DNA from: Sphagnum compactum
Lineage: Eukaryota
Length of the DNA stretch: 64,000 nucleotides
Assembly: GCA_965153455.1 (NCBI GenBank)
Contig: OZ234493.1
Span: forward strand, 34,710,213-34,774,212
Direction: 5' to 3'
Shown: piece after piece, positions 50,946-64,000 of the stretch
Layout: the number at the start of each line of letters is the position of its first letter
Numbering within the stretch: the stretch's first letter is position 1
The notes under the pieces: model-generated
The model's input: the letters and a program-made list of their open reading frames with translations, nothing else
Database searches by the model: none
What the model was told of the DNA's origin: nothing
Program-made: the position numbers and the translations under genes

Positions 50946-53900
50946 TAATAACTTGAATCAATTTGATGTGATGTGTCACTTACATGCATTTTTGGAATAA
51001 GGTTAATGATGCTAATTTTTCTTGACCCCTTTGCTTTGAGCCACCTCCTCCTCCCCCTCCCTCTCCTCAATCAATCATGGTTTATATACGCTAGCCTCTG
51101 TAAAATACAACACATTTTGCCCAACGACCTAAGTCATTACGGCCAATTCAATCACTAAGATCTATGCCATTAGGGTTGCGTTAATTAACATTTGTCACTG
51201 GTGGTCTATGTCACTGAACACATGCCACATAATATCACTAGTGGCCTATGTCATTCATGAGGACTTGGGTTTGTCACTACACCCTATGTCCCTAAAGAAT
51301 CATATGTCATTAATCACTATGCCATGAAAACCTAAGGTTTGTTTCAATTTGACCTTTGTGTACTATATCACTAAGACATATGTCACTAAGGACCATGTTA
51401 AGGCCTATGTCACTCAAGTTTATAATATATCACTAAGGTTGTTGTCACTTTGGTTTGATGTAAATGTCATTAAAACTTTTATATATGATTTTAGGGTTTG
51501 TGTGAATTGGGCCTATTTCATTGAGTTTTATGTCATTTAAAATATGTTCCTTGTCGCTAGGACTTGCATCACTGGACTTGGTGTTAATTTATGCCTAAAT
51601 AATCTACAATAGTGATTGTATTCTAAAGTTTTGTTGAAACCATTAAATTAAAACATGCACACGAAGGTTTGAGAGATAGTACCTCTGTTGCTAGGTTTTG
51701 CACATCCCTGTCCTATTCCTCCACCTCATGTGCAACTCTTTCGAGCTCCTATTAATCACAATATAATGATCAATATGTTTCATGATTGCCCACAACAAAA
51801 CAAATCATACCTAGTTATTTGGAACGAAAATTCACCTTTTGTCTTAACAACTATGTAATATTTATGGGAGTGTAATAATAGTATAATAATTTGCAACTCA
51901 TACAACGCCCAAGTTAGATGACACGTGTAGCTCCATGAAGTAGGTTAATGGTATGCATTCCAAATGTTATTGGTTCCCATAATTGGGCATGATCAACCCA
52001 CATACATGTTAACTTTTTCTATTAGCATTTAGAGTAGTCCAATAGTGAACGTTTACATATAGGTCAACCAAGCTACTCGCTACAAAGACACATGAATCCT
52101 ATCCATAATTATCAATGGTTTGTTAACAAGCATACTTGCCTTAATTTTAAACTAATGCATTTAAACGAAGACATGCATTCAGCGCCCGCCCTCATAACAA
52201 CAACGATGTTGGGTTGCATACATTTGTACATGGTGAGAAATCAAACCTAAAAATTACATAAAAATTTAAGGGAGTAAAACTTTTCACCTCAAGAAAGATG
52301 GGAAAACAACAATGTTTAGTCATTTGTAACTTGCAAGAGGTTGAAAACTTTGAAAGATTTCTGTTACATATATCTTTCAAATACACTCTCTCATGTACAC
52401 ATAATGGAATCAAACAATTTATTTCACCTTTGAAATTCAAGCTGAAAACAATGCAACAATGTTGTATTTCCCCATCCAAAGATAAATTTTTGAACCAAAA
52501 ACAATGGGTAATCATTCATTCACTTTTTTTGCTACCACATTTTTCATAGAAGTCAAACAAGCTACATCCAACAAAGAAATTTGAATCTCATCCATTTTAA
52601 ATGGTTTGGAGGGTTGTTCAAACATACCTATCTTAATCTTCAAATGGATCTAAGCTTACACACACATTCAACACCTCCATGGCAACAAGAAAGTTGAATT
52701 TCACACATCTGAATGTGGTGAAAGTCAGACTTAAAAACTACAAAACAACAAGCTTTGAGTACTCAAAAAAAATTACAACATTGAAAAGATACAATATGAA
52801 AAGACAATAGCTTGAAAAAACGATGGAAAAACTTCAAGAAAATAGCACAAGAATATAAGAAAAAAGCTTCAATGAAACACCAAAACTCAATTGTATGGGT
52901 TGTGGCCAAAAGGAGGCACAAAGTTGGAAGGAAGTGTTGGAAAATGAATTTGAACTCACATTATACAATGTATGTTATTTCATGTATATTAGTGTACCTA
53001 GTACCTAATATACAAAATATATTATTTTGTAGATGAGATATTATGTTTCAAGTATACTAATATGCCAAATATATTCAGATCAATACTATTATGTTTGAAA
53101 CATTATAATTATATACGTAATATTTCAAAATTTATAACATGTATATAGGTAAAGGTATTGGTATACTATGTACATATTATATATAATTATTTATACATAT
53201 TTAGTGTTTCAAATATACAAATGTTTGAATCATATTGAATACTAGATATTAATGCACATTTGAATGCTAAACCTAATACATGAGTTCAAATTTACTTTTT
53301 CCATCTAAAGTTTCTTTCCAATTTCGTGTTCCCTCATGGTAGCACCCCATAGAATTGGATTTTGGTGTTTCATTGAAGCTTTTTTAATATATTCTTGTTG
53401 TTATTTTCTTGGAGCTTTTCCATTTGCTTTTTCAAGCTATTGCCTTTTTATATTGTACCTTTTCAATGTTGTAATTTTTTTTGAGTATTCAAAGCTTGTT
53501 GTTTTGAACTTTGATGTAGCTTTTAGGTTTGATTTTTCACCACATATAAATGTGTGAAACCCAACTTTCTTTTTGCCATGGAGGTGTGGAAAGCATGTGT
53601 TGGCTTAGATGCACTTGAAAGATCAAGACATGTATGTTTGAACGGCTCTTCAAACTATTGAAAATGGATGGGATTCATATTTCTTTGTCGGTTGTAGTTT
53701 GTTTGATTTATATGCAAAATGTGGCAATAAACAAACATGGCAAACTAATCACCCATTGCTTTTGGATCAAAAACGTATCTTTGGAGGAGGAAATACAACA
53801 TTATTATGATTATTTTTAGCTCTAATTTTGAAGGTGAAATGAGTTGTTTAGTTCCATAGTGTGTACATGGGAGAAAATGTGCTTAAAAGAAATATGAGTT

Positions 53901-56205
53901 GAATTTTGGTGTTTCATTGAAGCTCTTTTTTTATATTCTTGTTATATTTTCTTCAAGTTTTTCCATTGTTTTTTCAAGCTATTGCCTTTTCATATTGTGC
54001 CTTTTCAATGTTGTAGATGTTTTTGAGTACTCAAAGCTTGTTGTTTTGAACTATATAGTTTTTAAGACTAATTTTTGACCACATACAAATGTGTGAAATC
54101 CAACTTTCTTTCTACCATGGAGGTGTTGAATGCGTGTGTTAGCTTGAATGCACTTGAAGATTAAAATAGGCATGTTTGAACAACTTTCCAAACCATTGAA
54201 AATGGATGGGATTCAGATTTCTTTGTTGGATGTAGCTTGTTTGACTTCTATGCAAAATGCGGTAACAAAAAACATGGAAAAATGATTACCATTGTTTTTG
54301 GTTCAAAAATTTATCTTTGGATGGGGAAATGCAACATTGTTGTCATTGTTTTCAACTCTAATTTTGAAGGTGAAATGAAATTTTTAGTTCCATTATGTGT
54401 ACATGAGAGAGAATGTGCTTGAAAGATATATGAAACAAAAATCTTGCAAAGTTTTCAACCTCTTGCAAGTTACAAATGACTAAACATTGTTGTTTTCCCA
54501 TATTTCTTGAGGTGAAAAAATTTATTCCCTTAAATTTTGATGTAATTTTTAGGTCTAATTTCTCACCATGTACAAATGTATGCAACCCAACATTGTTGCT
54601 ATTATGGGGGTGGGTGCTGAATGCATGTATTCACATAAATGCATTAGTTCAATATCAAGGCAGGTATGCTTGTGAACAAACCATTGATAATTATGGATAG
54701 GATTCATGTGTCTTTGTTGCAAGTAGCTTGGTTGACCTATATGCAAACATTCATTATTGGAAGACTCCAAATGCTAATGGAAAAAGTTAATGTGTATTTG
54801 GGTTGTTCATGTCCAATCATGGGAACCAATAGCTTTGGGATGCACACCATTAACCTACTTCATGGAGCTACAAGTATCATCTGACTTGGGTGTTGTATGC
54901 TACAAATTATTATTTTATTGTTACACTCCCATAAATAATATAAAGTTGTTAAGACAAAAGTTGAATTTACATTCCAAGTAACCAGGTATGACTTGTTTTG
55001 TTGCAGGCAATCATGAAACATATGGATCATTATATTGTGATTAATAGGAGCTCGAAAGAATTGCACATGAGGTGGAGGAATAGGATAAGGATGTGCAAAA
55101 CCTAGCAACACAAGTACCATCTCTCAAACCTTCATGTGCATGTTTTAATTTAATGGTTTCAACAAAACTTTAAAATACAATCACTATGGTAGATGATTTA
55201 GGCATAAATTAACACCAAGCCCGAGTGATGCAAGCCCTAGCGACAAGGAACATGTTTTAAATGACAAAAATCTATGAAATACGCCCAACTCACACAAGCT
55301 TAGTGACATACAAAAGCCCTAATAACATTTACATCAAATAGAAATGACAACAACAATACTTACACTATAAACTTGAGTGACATAAGCTAAATGACACGGG
55401 ACTTCGTGGCATATGTTCTAGTGACATAGTACACCAAGTTCGAATTGAAAGAAAACCATAACGACATAGGCCTTCATGGCATAGTGATTAATGACATATG
55501 ACTTTTTAGTGACATAGGTTGTAGTGACAGACCCAAGTCTTAGTGAGTGACATAGGCCTTCATAGCATAGTGATTAATGACATATGACTCCTTAGTGACA
55601 CAGGTTGTAGTGATAGACCCAAGGCCTAGTGAGTGACATAGGCCTTCATGGCATAGTGATTAGTGACATATGACTCCTTAACACTTGACATAGGTCGTAG
55701 TGGCAAACCCAAGTCCTAGTGAGTGACATAGGCCTTTGTGGCATAGTGATTAATGACATATGATTCCTTAGTGACATAGATTGTAGTGATAGACCCAAGT
55801 CCTAGTGAGTGACATAGGCCTTCATGGCATAAGGATTAATGACATATGACTCCAAGGTGACATAGATTGTAGTGATAGACCCAAGTCCTAGTGAGTGACA
55901 TAGGCCATTAGTGTATTATGTGGCATATGTTGAGTGACATAGGCCACCAATGACATAAATGTCAATGGAACCATCCTTAATGGCATAGATCTTAATGGTT
56001 GAATAGACCTTAATGCCATAGGCCTTTGGGCAAAATGTGTTGTATTTTATAGGGGCTAATGTATACAAACCATGGTTGAATGAAGAGAAGGAGGGGCAGG
56101 AGGAGGCGGCTCAAAGCAAAGGGGCCAAGAAAAATCAACACCATTGCACCTTATTAAAAAAATGCATGTAAGCAACACATTACATCAAATTAACTCAAGT
56201 TATTA
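50946..56205. repeat. ~5.3-kb inverted repeat (foldback): arms ~50946-52958 and ~53281-56205, spacer ~320 bp
   Basis: Colinear reverse-complement similarity along the arms, e.g. 51661-51760 vs 55040-55140, 52300-52500 vs 54290-54490 and 50946-51060 vs 56090-56205. The ORF track also shows mirrored peptides (MGKQQCLVICNLQEVENF on both strands). Confidence 0.93.
55463..55906. repeat. 86-bp tandem array x5 inside the right foldback arm
   Basis: GACATAGGCC starts at 55463, 55549, 55635, 55725, 55811 and 55897. Confidence 0.9.
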
Positions 56206-57198
56206 GGCCTTAATTATGATTTAGAGATACATAGGCCAAGTAGCAATATGAAATCAATGACATATTGGTGACTAGCTAAGGCAGATTGTCAGTTTAGCAT
56301 GAGGGTAGTATATGGACCACCTTGCTATGTGAATGACCATGCTTGAGTGAAAAAGAATAAAGTGACATGTGCCATGATGACCAATCTTGCTTGTGGATTA
56401 GATTTGGACATATGCATGTATGGGGTAATGATTTTAATATTAAGGAACGAATTTTATGACTTAGTGACATGTAAACTTTAACATGATATGAGTGACATTA
56501 TAGTGTTGATGACTAAGGTAGATTATCACACCTTTACCATTGAAGGTAATGTATGGATTACCTAACCATGTGAATGACCAAAACTGTTCATGGAAAAAAT
56601 AAAGTGACATGTGCCAAAATGACACAACTTTTGGGGATTCAAACTTTGTGAATTCCAATGTGACACATAATTATGATTAGACACAAGAAAAATGGTAATT
56701 GGAATATTTGGATTATGGTGAACTTTTATATAAATGACTTCTAAGTCATTAATATATGTAATGACATGGAATATGATGATCAATCCCACCACCCAATTAT
56801 AGTGAGCCTAACCACTAGTATTGCACCCTACAATGATGAATGTTTGTGCAAATTAATGTTTAGAATTAAAGTGTGAAAGTAATATGTTAATCTAGCAAAT
56901 TGGAAAAACCATTAATAGAAGTTGTGATTAGTCATGTGTGTAATATGGTGTGCTACACATTAAAACTTTCTAGACTCACTAACATGGCTAATCACTAGAA
57001 AAGCACTATGGACCCATGACACGAAGATGGGGATTGCTATTTGGTGAGCGTGTGAGTGTGAACATGAGCATGTGAACATGATTGATTTTTTGGGAATATT
57101 TCGTTGACACATGGCATAAAATATTACATGACATGGAGGAATATTTTGCCATGTGTAAGGATGAAAAATGAAAATGGATGAAAAACTAAAACAAATGA

Positions 57199-57739
57199 AA
57201 GGATAAAATGGAGGAAAAATAAAAATAAATGAAAAAAAAGGATGAGCAAAACCTATTCACAACCAAGAGTTATGTGTCAAACATTACCTCTTCACAATTG
57301 AAAGGTGTGTGTCAACCAAAACACCACGTGCTCATCTCCAATAGGTATGTTCCCATTAGGAATTGAAACAATATGAGACTACACATTCTCTATACCATTT
57401 CAACATGTTTTTTATTTGAATTTAGTCTTTCAAACCTCTTATGTCTAGCATTCTTGTTACTTGAAGGATAAAATGGATGAAAAATAAAAATAGATGAACA
57501 AAAAGGATGAACAAAACTTGTTCACAACCAAGAATTATGTGTCAATTCAAACACTACCTTTTCACAACCGAAAGGTACGTGTCAATTGAAACACCACTTG
57601 TTCATCTCCAAGAGGTATGTTCGCATAAGGAATTGAGATAGTATGAGATTGCACATTCTTTATATCATTTCAACATGTTTTTTATTTGAATTCAATTTTT
57701 CAAACCTCTTATGTCTAGGAGCATTCTGATTACTTGAAG
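57199..57739. repeat. Tandem duplication, ~265-bp unit x2
   Basis: AAGGATAAAATGGA.GAAAAATAAAA...CAAACCTCTTATGTCTAG...TTACTTGAAG starts at both 57199 and 57464. Confidence 0.88.
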
Positions 57740-59031
57740 AATCAATTGCATTCTTTCCCCTTCTCTTCACCAGAACTACCTAGCTCCAACTTTTCTACAG
57801 CTACAACTCATTTGCAATTTCTAAACATATATTTTACAATGGCAAAAAGAAAATTCACAGCACAACAAAGGTCACACCAAACACCTTGGAAACTATGATT
57901 GAATACACTTTAATCTCAAGCATACTACATAGAATATGTGAAATAATAAAAACACTTTCGAAATATCCAAGAGATCCCACCTTGCTAGACCCCCTCAAGC
58001 AGTTGCTAGAAATAATAACATGAGGATCAAATTGAAAAAAACAAATTAACAAAACAAATGAATGGGCGGCATGACAATGGGTGAATGCGAAGATTGACAA
58101 AAAAATCTTACATTCGACCCCATGTTCCTCTCCTTCTCTTAAGTCTCGACCCCATTATTGTGTGTTTTTTTTCCGACATTTGCAAACTTTGTATGACTTA
58201 AATCTAGTTCTATTTCAACAACTTGTACTTGTAGTGCCACCTATTACCACTCAAATTTGATGACTTGTCATTACTATGCACTGTGAATAGTTGGAGTTTT
58301 CCAAGAAACCATGATAGTTTGTTGTGGTGTAGTAAATTGATGTTTTTTTCTAGATAGGTTGGTTACTTCGTTATATGCATGCTAATGGGGCAAGTATGTT
58401 TTTTATTGTGGTTTATCTTCATATTTTTCGTGGTTCTTCTATCATGAATTTTAAAAAAAAAAAGTTTTATTGGTATCCAAAGGATATTATGTCTAAAAGC
58501 TGATGACCGGACAACACTGGTTTGTACCCCTTCTGACTAGAATTGTGCTGAACTTACATCCTTTCTTTTTTTCCTCCAATCCACTTCATCCTTTGAAGCT
58601 TGATCTGACCCTAACAACCTTAGAGAGGCTCCATAGGCCACACCTTACACAGTGCAATTTTTCTGCTCCCTCTTGGACTGGGGAGCTTACATTTATGTAG
58701 GGTCACATAACACGATTGGAGCAGTGTTTTTTTCTTTCATTTTTTTCATATTGAAAATTTGGCAAAATCGAACAAAAAACTTAGCTCTTAGTTTGGGATT
58801 GGAGATGCTCTTAATCCCAAACTAGGATTGTGCTCAACTTATGTCCTTTTTTCTTTCTCCATTCCACTTCATCCTTCTTGTTGTTGTAATGTCCTATTGT
58901 AACAAAGTTTGGAGAATTTACATTAAGTGGGCCCCTAGTGAGATTATGCAATTTGAGTACACAAGATTGCATGGGAGTAATTACATCTAAAAACCCATTT
59001 TGGATGAATTGACTAGATTGCAATTTCTTGA

Positions 59032-59472
59032 TATTTATCTATGGAGGAAGATATTTTGTTTGTTTTTGTTTTGTTTTTGTTTTTATTATCTTGAGATCTC
59101 CCAAACCACGGTGCCTCTTGTTGCACTCTTGGTACCATTAGAAAGTTTTTGATGAGTAAGGGTGCATCAAGATGGTTTCATAATGATTTAACTTACAGTG
59201 AAAAGGTAATTGAATATTGATGAAATTTTTTGCTAAAAATTCATTAAAAAAATTACAGGCAAATTAGGTGCATTCTTGGTATTGTTGGAAAGCCCTCAAC
59301 CATTAGGCTTTCTTGAAAAAAAAAAGACTGAAGGAAGGAATAGTAGATATTGAATTTTGAGTAATTTTTGTCATTGAAAATTCAATTAAATTACAAAAGA
59401 TGGTTTTGGAAGGAAAAAATAGTTGGGTAACCTATTCACACTTGGGCCATTGGCACTTGTAGGCTACACTAA
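59032..59472 (+). mobile_element. Non-autonomous Helitron-like element, copy 1
   Basis: Shares the 5' TATCTATG.AGGAAG...TTGTTTTG and 3' TTCACACTTGGGCCA...GGC.ACACT-RR ends with the copy at 60979. Ends CTAA followed by T. Confidence 0.55.
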
Positions 59473-60978
59473 TGTTCATTACACAAACACCAAGTTCCCC
59501 ACCTGCCCTTCCCTCCCTCCCTCCCTCCCTAATGTGAAGGACCATATATAGGTACATGGTGCTTCATCTTTTGAAAGGACCATACCAATTTTGCAAATAG
59601 AGTTGGCCTAGTCCAATTGTCTCACTATGAAAGTGTCTTGAGCTCATTGCAAAATTGGTAGGTATGGTACTTTAGGAATGCATGGAGGACACACATTGGA
59701 TTGTTGAAAATATTGCTCATGGTGGGAAGGTAAAATAGAGGGTACATGATGTGCCTTACATACCTTTGTGAGAACCCCTCAATTGGGGGCAGGGCAGGGG
59801 AGTTGCACATAAAAGACCTACAAGACATTTTCTAGTGAATTTGGAGCTAACCTTACTAAGTGGAATTTTTCCATCTCCACAAGATGGGTTTTTCATTTTG
59901 TATTTTGAAATGGCCACCCTCTTTTTTCTTTTTCTTTTTTCCTTTTTCTCATGATACCAACACATACAAAAATTCTCGCAAATCTAATACACTAGTGAAC
60001 GTCCTTGGAGCAAGGCATTCCCAAAATAATTGCACCTTGGCTCCACCTTCAGTGAGCAAGGATTCCCAAAATAAGTGCCCCCTTGGCTCCACCTCGAGCA
60101 AGTGCTTATTGTGGGAATGACCCACTTGACAAAGTGTATCCATCAACAATGTGTATTGTTGAACAAATAATGGTAAACACTATGTACTAATTCTTAACCC
60201 TCTTAAGTCTTTTTAATCATCCGTTTTGTTTTGTAGGAATAAGGCATTTATCGTATAATGAGATAGATTCTAAATTGGAAACATGATAAAGACTCAAGAC
60301 AATTCAGCTCTTGATGGAAAGAGTGATAAGATTGATGAACTTGGATTTTGTTTTTTTGAAAATGTTGGATCATATTATTGTTTTGACACTTTTCTATGCA
60401 ACCACAAATTCTTTCTAGTTGAAGATTTTTGAAAAAGTGAAAAGAGAAGAAAAGAGAAGACTAAAAAATGTGAGAGCAAAACATACATAGATCAAACAAG
60501 CTAAGTAATCAAATTCAATTTTAATTGGCAATGGAGAATATTCCCCACAAAAAAAAAAATAAAAAAAAATCAAGATACATGTCCGAGACAACATAGACAT
60601 TCCCCCAACAAAATCCTTTCCCAAAACATTATCAAACTTTCCTAAATGTTAAAAAATGATATCCCCAATAATGTGTCTAATTTTTGAAAATTCAATCAAA
60701 ACGTGTCTAATGGCAATATTCTTAAAATAATAATTATAAAATTAAGTAGACGATTGCCTAACCAGTTAGTTATCCACCTCCAATATTTGCCAATTATAAA
60801 AAACCTAACTAAAACACATGATTGAATAGCTTTTCATCCTTTCTAGGGCTTCTGCTCCATTTTAGACTTGATGACTCTATAAACTATAAACTAGCATATT
60901 TAAATTTTTAGACTCCGTCCTTGGCCCATCTCCATGGGCAAGAGTAAACTTGTATACAAACTGCACTTTGATGAAGTA

Positions 60979-61251
60979 TCTATCTATGAAGGAAGGTTGT
61001 TTGTTTTGTTTTGTTTTGTACTTATGAAAGTTAGTTTCGAAGGAATTGGAATGTGCCTTTGGTGTTGTTGGAAAGATCATGATGAGCGCGAAATTCATTT
61101 GGTAAGATTTGGATTCAGACTGTGGGAGATATTTGTTTAAAAGTGATTTCTGCAGTTGAAAATTGAAATAGATTCCAAAAAATCAGGTCGTGGAAGGAAA
61201 AATCAGTCGAGGATGAGTTCACACTTGGGCCAACTGCAAAGGCCACACTAG
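60979..61251 (+). mobile_element. Non-autonomous Helitron-like element, copy 2
   Basis: Starts TC after an A and ends CTAG before a T, with a GGCC...GGCC subterminal hairpin and no TSD. These are Helitron hallmarks. Confidence 0.62.
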
Positions 61252-61620
61252 TAAGTAGACTTTTAAATTAAAATTGTATGAAACTTGGGTTTGGAGGTTA
61301 GGCTTGTAAAAATATGTCCATGATAGAGTGCTTTCCAAAGGCAGGCCTAATTGAAAGAAAATGCCCTACTTTTAGTTGACCTGCTATAATTATGGGGCCC
61401 AAGTACATAGTGGCATTCAATCACTCTCTCGCTTTCTGTTCTCCAAAATGCTCTACGAGTTCAAAATTTCCCAATGGGCATCATCAACTTTCACCAAAAT
61501 TTCTAATGAAAATTTCACATCGTGACCGACCTTCCACTCTCTGAACTAATTTGGTCAATGAAATGGAACTGCATGTACAGCAGGGAGCAAGTTGAAGAGT
61601 ATCTCAAAAGTTAAGTTCTA

Positions 61621-62029
61621 AGAGCATCTCCAGCGGTGCTCAGTATGTGATCGTGCACAGTCAAAAATGGATAAAGAAAATCCAACCTGTTCCGGTTTGA
61701 CTCAGGAAATTGGGTTTGCCTCAGCAGAATTGCGCAGGTTACCGTGGCTGGTACGAGGCGCAGCAGCGCAGTGGCACCTGCAGAAAAAAAGAGTGTAATA
61801 AATATGACCTGACTACTGCTCAGTGTGTTTCTGATTAGCCCATCATATTGATTGGTCCATTTGGTTTGCTATTAGTAGTCTCCCACCTACTTGCTGTCCC
61901 AGTTTCAGTTTTATTGGTGGGGTTGCAAAAGAGTACATAATTAAACTGATATTCATCATATTCATTGGAAATATTTTGCACATGAATATCATCCGAGGTT
62001 TCCATGCTGAGTGTTGGTGGAGATGCTCT
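61621..62029. mobile_element. Tourist-like MITE (~410 bp)
   Basis: TIRs AGAGCATCTCCA / TGGAGATGCTCT with TA(A)/(T)TA flanks. Confidence 0.8.
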
Positions 62030-62157
62030 TACACTTCTTGCACTAATAATGTCAGGGCTAAAAGCCCAACTTGTTCAACAAGTTGGCTTCCATAGTGCAA
62101 ACCTTGTTTTCTTCCTCACCTTAGTACTATGTTTTTTTGCCTTTGGGGTTCTCTTTG

Positions 62158-62181
62158 CCCTAAACCCTAAACCCTAAACCT
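62158..62181 (+). repeat. Interstitial telomeric repeat (CCCTAAA)3
   Basis: CCCTAAACCCTAAACCCTAAACCT. Confidence 0.85.
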
Positions 62182-64000
62182 ATTGTAAAGCACAAGGGGA
62201 ACCTTATCATGAACCTAAACATTCATAGACCACAAGGTGTAGGAGGAAGATAGGTCTTATGCCTATTCCTTAAGAGTGGGAGGAATCTTACACCTATAAT
62301 AAGCATAATTCCCTTCCACTCTTAACGACTAGGTGTAAAATCCGTCCCCTTCTTTAGGAGGGTTGTGTTCTAATATAGGGTGCCCTCCAAATGAACTTTA
62401 TCCATGTGCTATAGCAGCAGCATGAATGTGAGTGTCATGGCATAATGGGCACATGTAATAATGGCAATGGAAATTATAAATGCATTGACATTTGAAGCCT
62501 CCATAAGTCATTTGGGCCATTGACTTTGGGTGTCATTTGGGGCCCCCATAGGTCATTTGGGGGCCTATTGCTTTGTCTAGTCCAAGATGGAAGTCTAGTT
62601 TGCAAGGCAAAAGTTGAAAGACATGATGTTGGGTGAAATATTTGATTGATGCCAATGGAGACATTGATTCCTTAATGGCTTTGTCTCCAAAGCTTAAAGG
62701 CACTCATGACCAAACCCTAAAGGTAGACTAAAAGTTTGCCAAGGAATATGGGGGAGGATTGAAGGCTCATCAAATTGTTTGAAATTTGTGAACATTTTAC
62801 CAACGGACTCAAAAGAACAATGGGTGTTGATGAGAACATTGGTTGTACCTCATATTCTAATGTGAAAAAAAGTTCTGGACCCAATGTTGTGTATGTGATA
62901 TAAACACACAAGGATTCATGAAAAAGGATTGTCCCAAACAAATCATGGTGAAGTGTTCGCCCCATGATGAGGTCAAGTAGGTCATGGCATTTAATCCTTA
63001 GCTTCAAAACCTAAGCATATGACATGCATGTGATTCAGGCACAAAGGTCTAACTAAGGGCTTGACAAGGAACATTGTGGTGAAGGAGAGCTGCTTCACCA
63101 AACCAAAGTCAAATTGGCAAGCATATGGAGACACAACATTCCCAAAGTTATCTTGAGAAATGGGTTCCCTTCATATGTTAGGTTAGGTTTTTGTGCCGGA
63201 TTTTGTAGGCTTTTGAGAGGTTTTCAACAACTTGTCACCATGAATGCTGAATCCTTTTTGGGTTGCGTTCCAATAGTGCTTCTTCATCACCAAAATGGAA
63301 AAAAAAAAAGCTTGTTCCTAAGGAATTATTAGACTTTCCTTCCAAACACATTCTAAAATGGGAGAGGACATTCATTTAAGATTTGTTCCATAAATTTGGG
63401 AAGTTTCCATGAAGACTAAAGTGTGTCAATCTCCTCAAGAGTTGGAACAATACAAGGAGTCAGGACATGGCCATTTGCAATTACACAACACAAAGGATCA
63501 AAACTTGGTGATGCCTGGGTAAGAGTGCCATGTGTCAACTATGTTTCAATTATGAATTAACATCAAGGAATTAACATTGGTAACATTTCATTGACCAAAA
63601 TACAATGTCATTTGGAATTTGTTTTAGGGGGGAAAAAAACACCAAGATGCTTTTGTGAAGCTATTTTCAAAAAGGGGAAAACTAACAAATTTATGACTAG
63701 AAACTCTTGAAAACTTCCTAACCACCATTTAGATGAAACAACTACCATGTTAACATAATCAAATTTTTTATAATTAATTGGTGAAATGTTTTAAAATACA
63801 CAACATAGGTTGAATTATTGAAAATGCCAACTAGGAAGTTCTTTGTTTTTTTGTGTTCGCTGAAATAATCAAATTTTGCAAATGCACAAACTAAGCAGCT
63901 CCAATGTTAAATTAAAATGAAGAGGATTAATGCAACAACTCTCTCTATGGGTTTCGTTTTTTGCCACTAATTTTTTTCTTCACCTTATGCTTCTTATGGA

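Noticed and set aside
52192-55120. Mirrored short ORFs (e.g. MGKQQCLVICNLQEVENF) as a duplicated gene
   Set aside because: They are a by-product of the inverted repeat, with no conserved frame or known motif.
55463-55906. Possible repeat-spacer array
   Set aside because: The whole 86-bp unit repeats, so there are no variable spacers.
62560-63620. Possible decayed coding or TE relic
   Set aside because: No motif could be recognised by eye. It needs a translated search.

Overview
Eukaryotic nuclear DNA from a land plant. The spliceosomal GT-AG introns, CCCTAAA telomere-type motifs, plastid- and mitochondrial-type presequences and repeat style suggest a bryophyte, possibly Sphagnum (inference only). 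Four intact protein-coding genes were reconstructed by hand: (1) an 8-exon, atypical phosphoglycerate-kinase-like gene (- strand, 4140-7909), (2) an intronless plastid-type DUF1995 gene (12805-14022), (3) an 8-exon DUF3429/TMEM69-like membrane protein gene (16332-18712) and (4) an 8-exon OPT-family oligopeptide transporter (- strand, 30370-34756). The rest is mostly transposon-derived: a Helitron Rep relic, a chromovirus-like Ty3/Gypsy element nested in an older Gypsy, a hAT relic, a strikingly GC-rich RTE-like LINE with an 11-bp target-site duplication, MITEs and non-autonomous Helitrons. Inverted repeats recur at three scales (about 126 bp, 520 bp and 5.3 kb). The best leads are the divergent PGK, which has changes in canonical substrate- and nucleotide-binding motifs, the compositionally foreign LINE, and the 5.3-kb foldback. 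All calls were read by eye; no database search was run.
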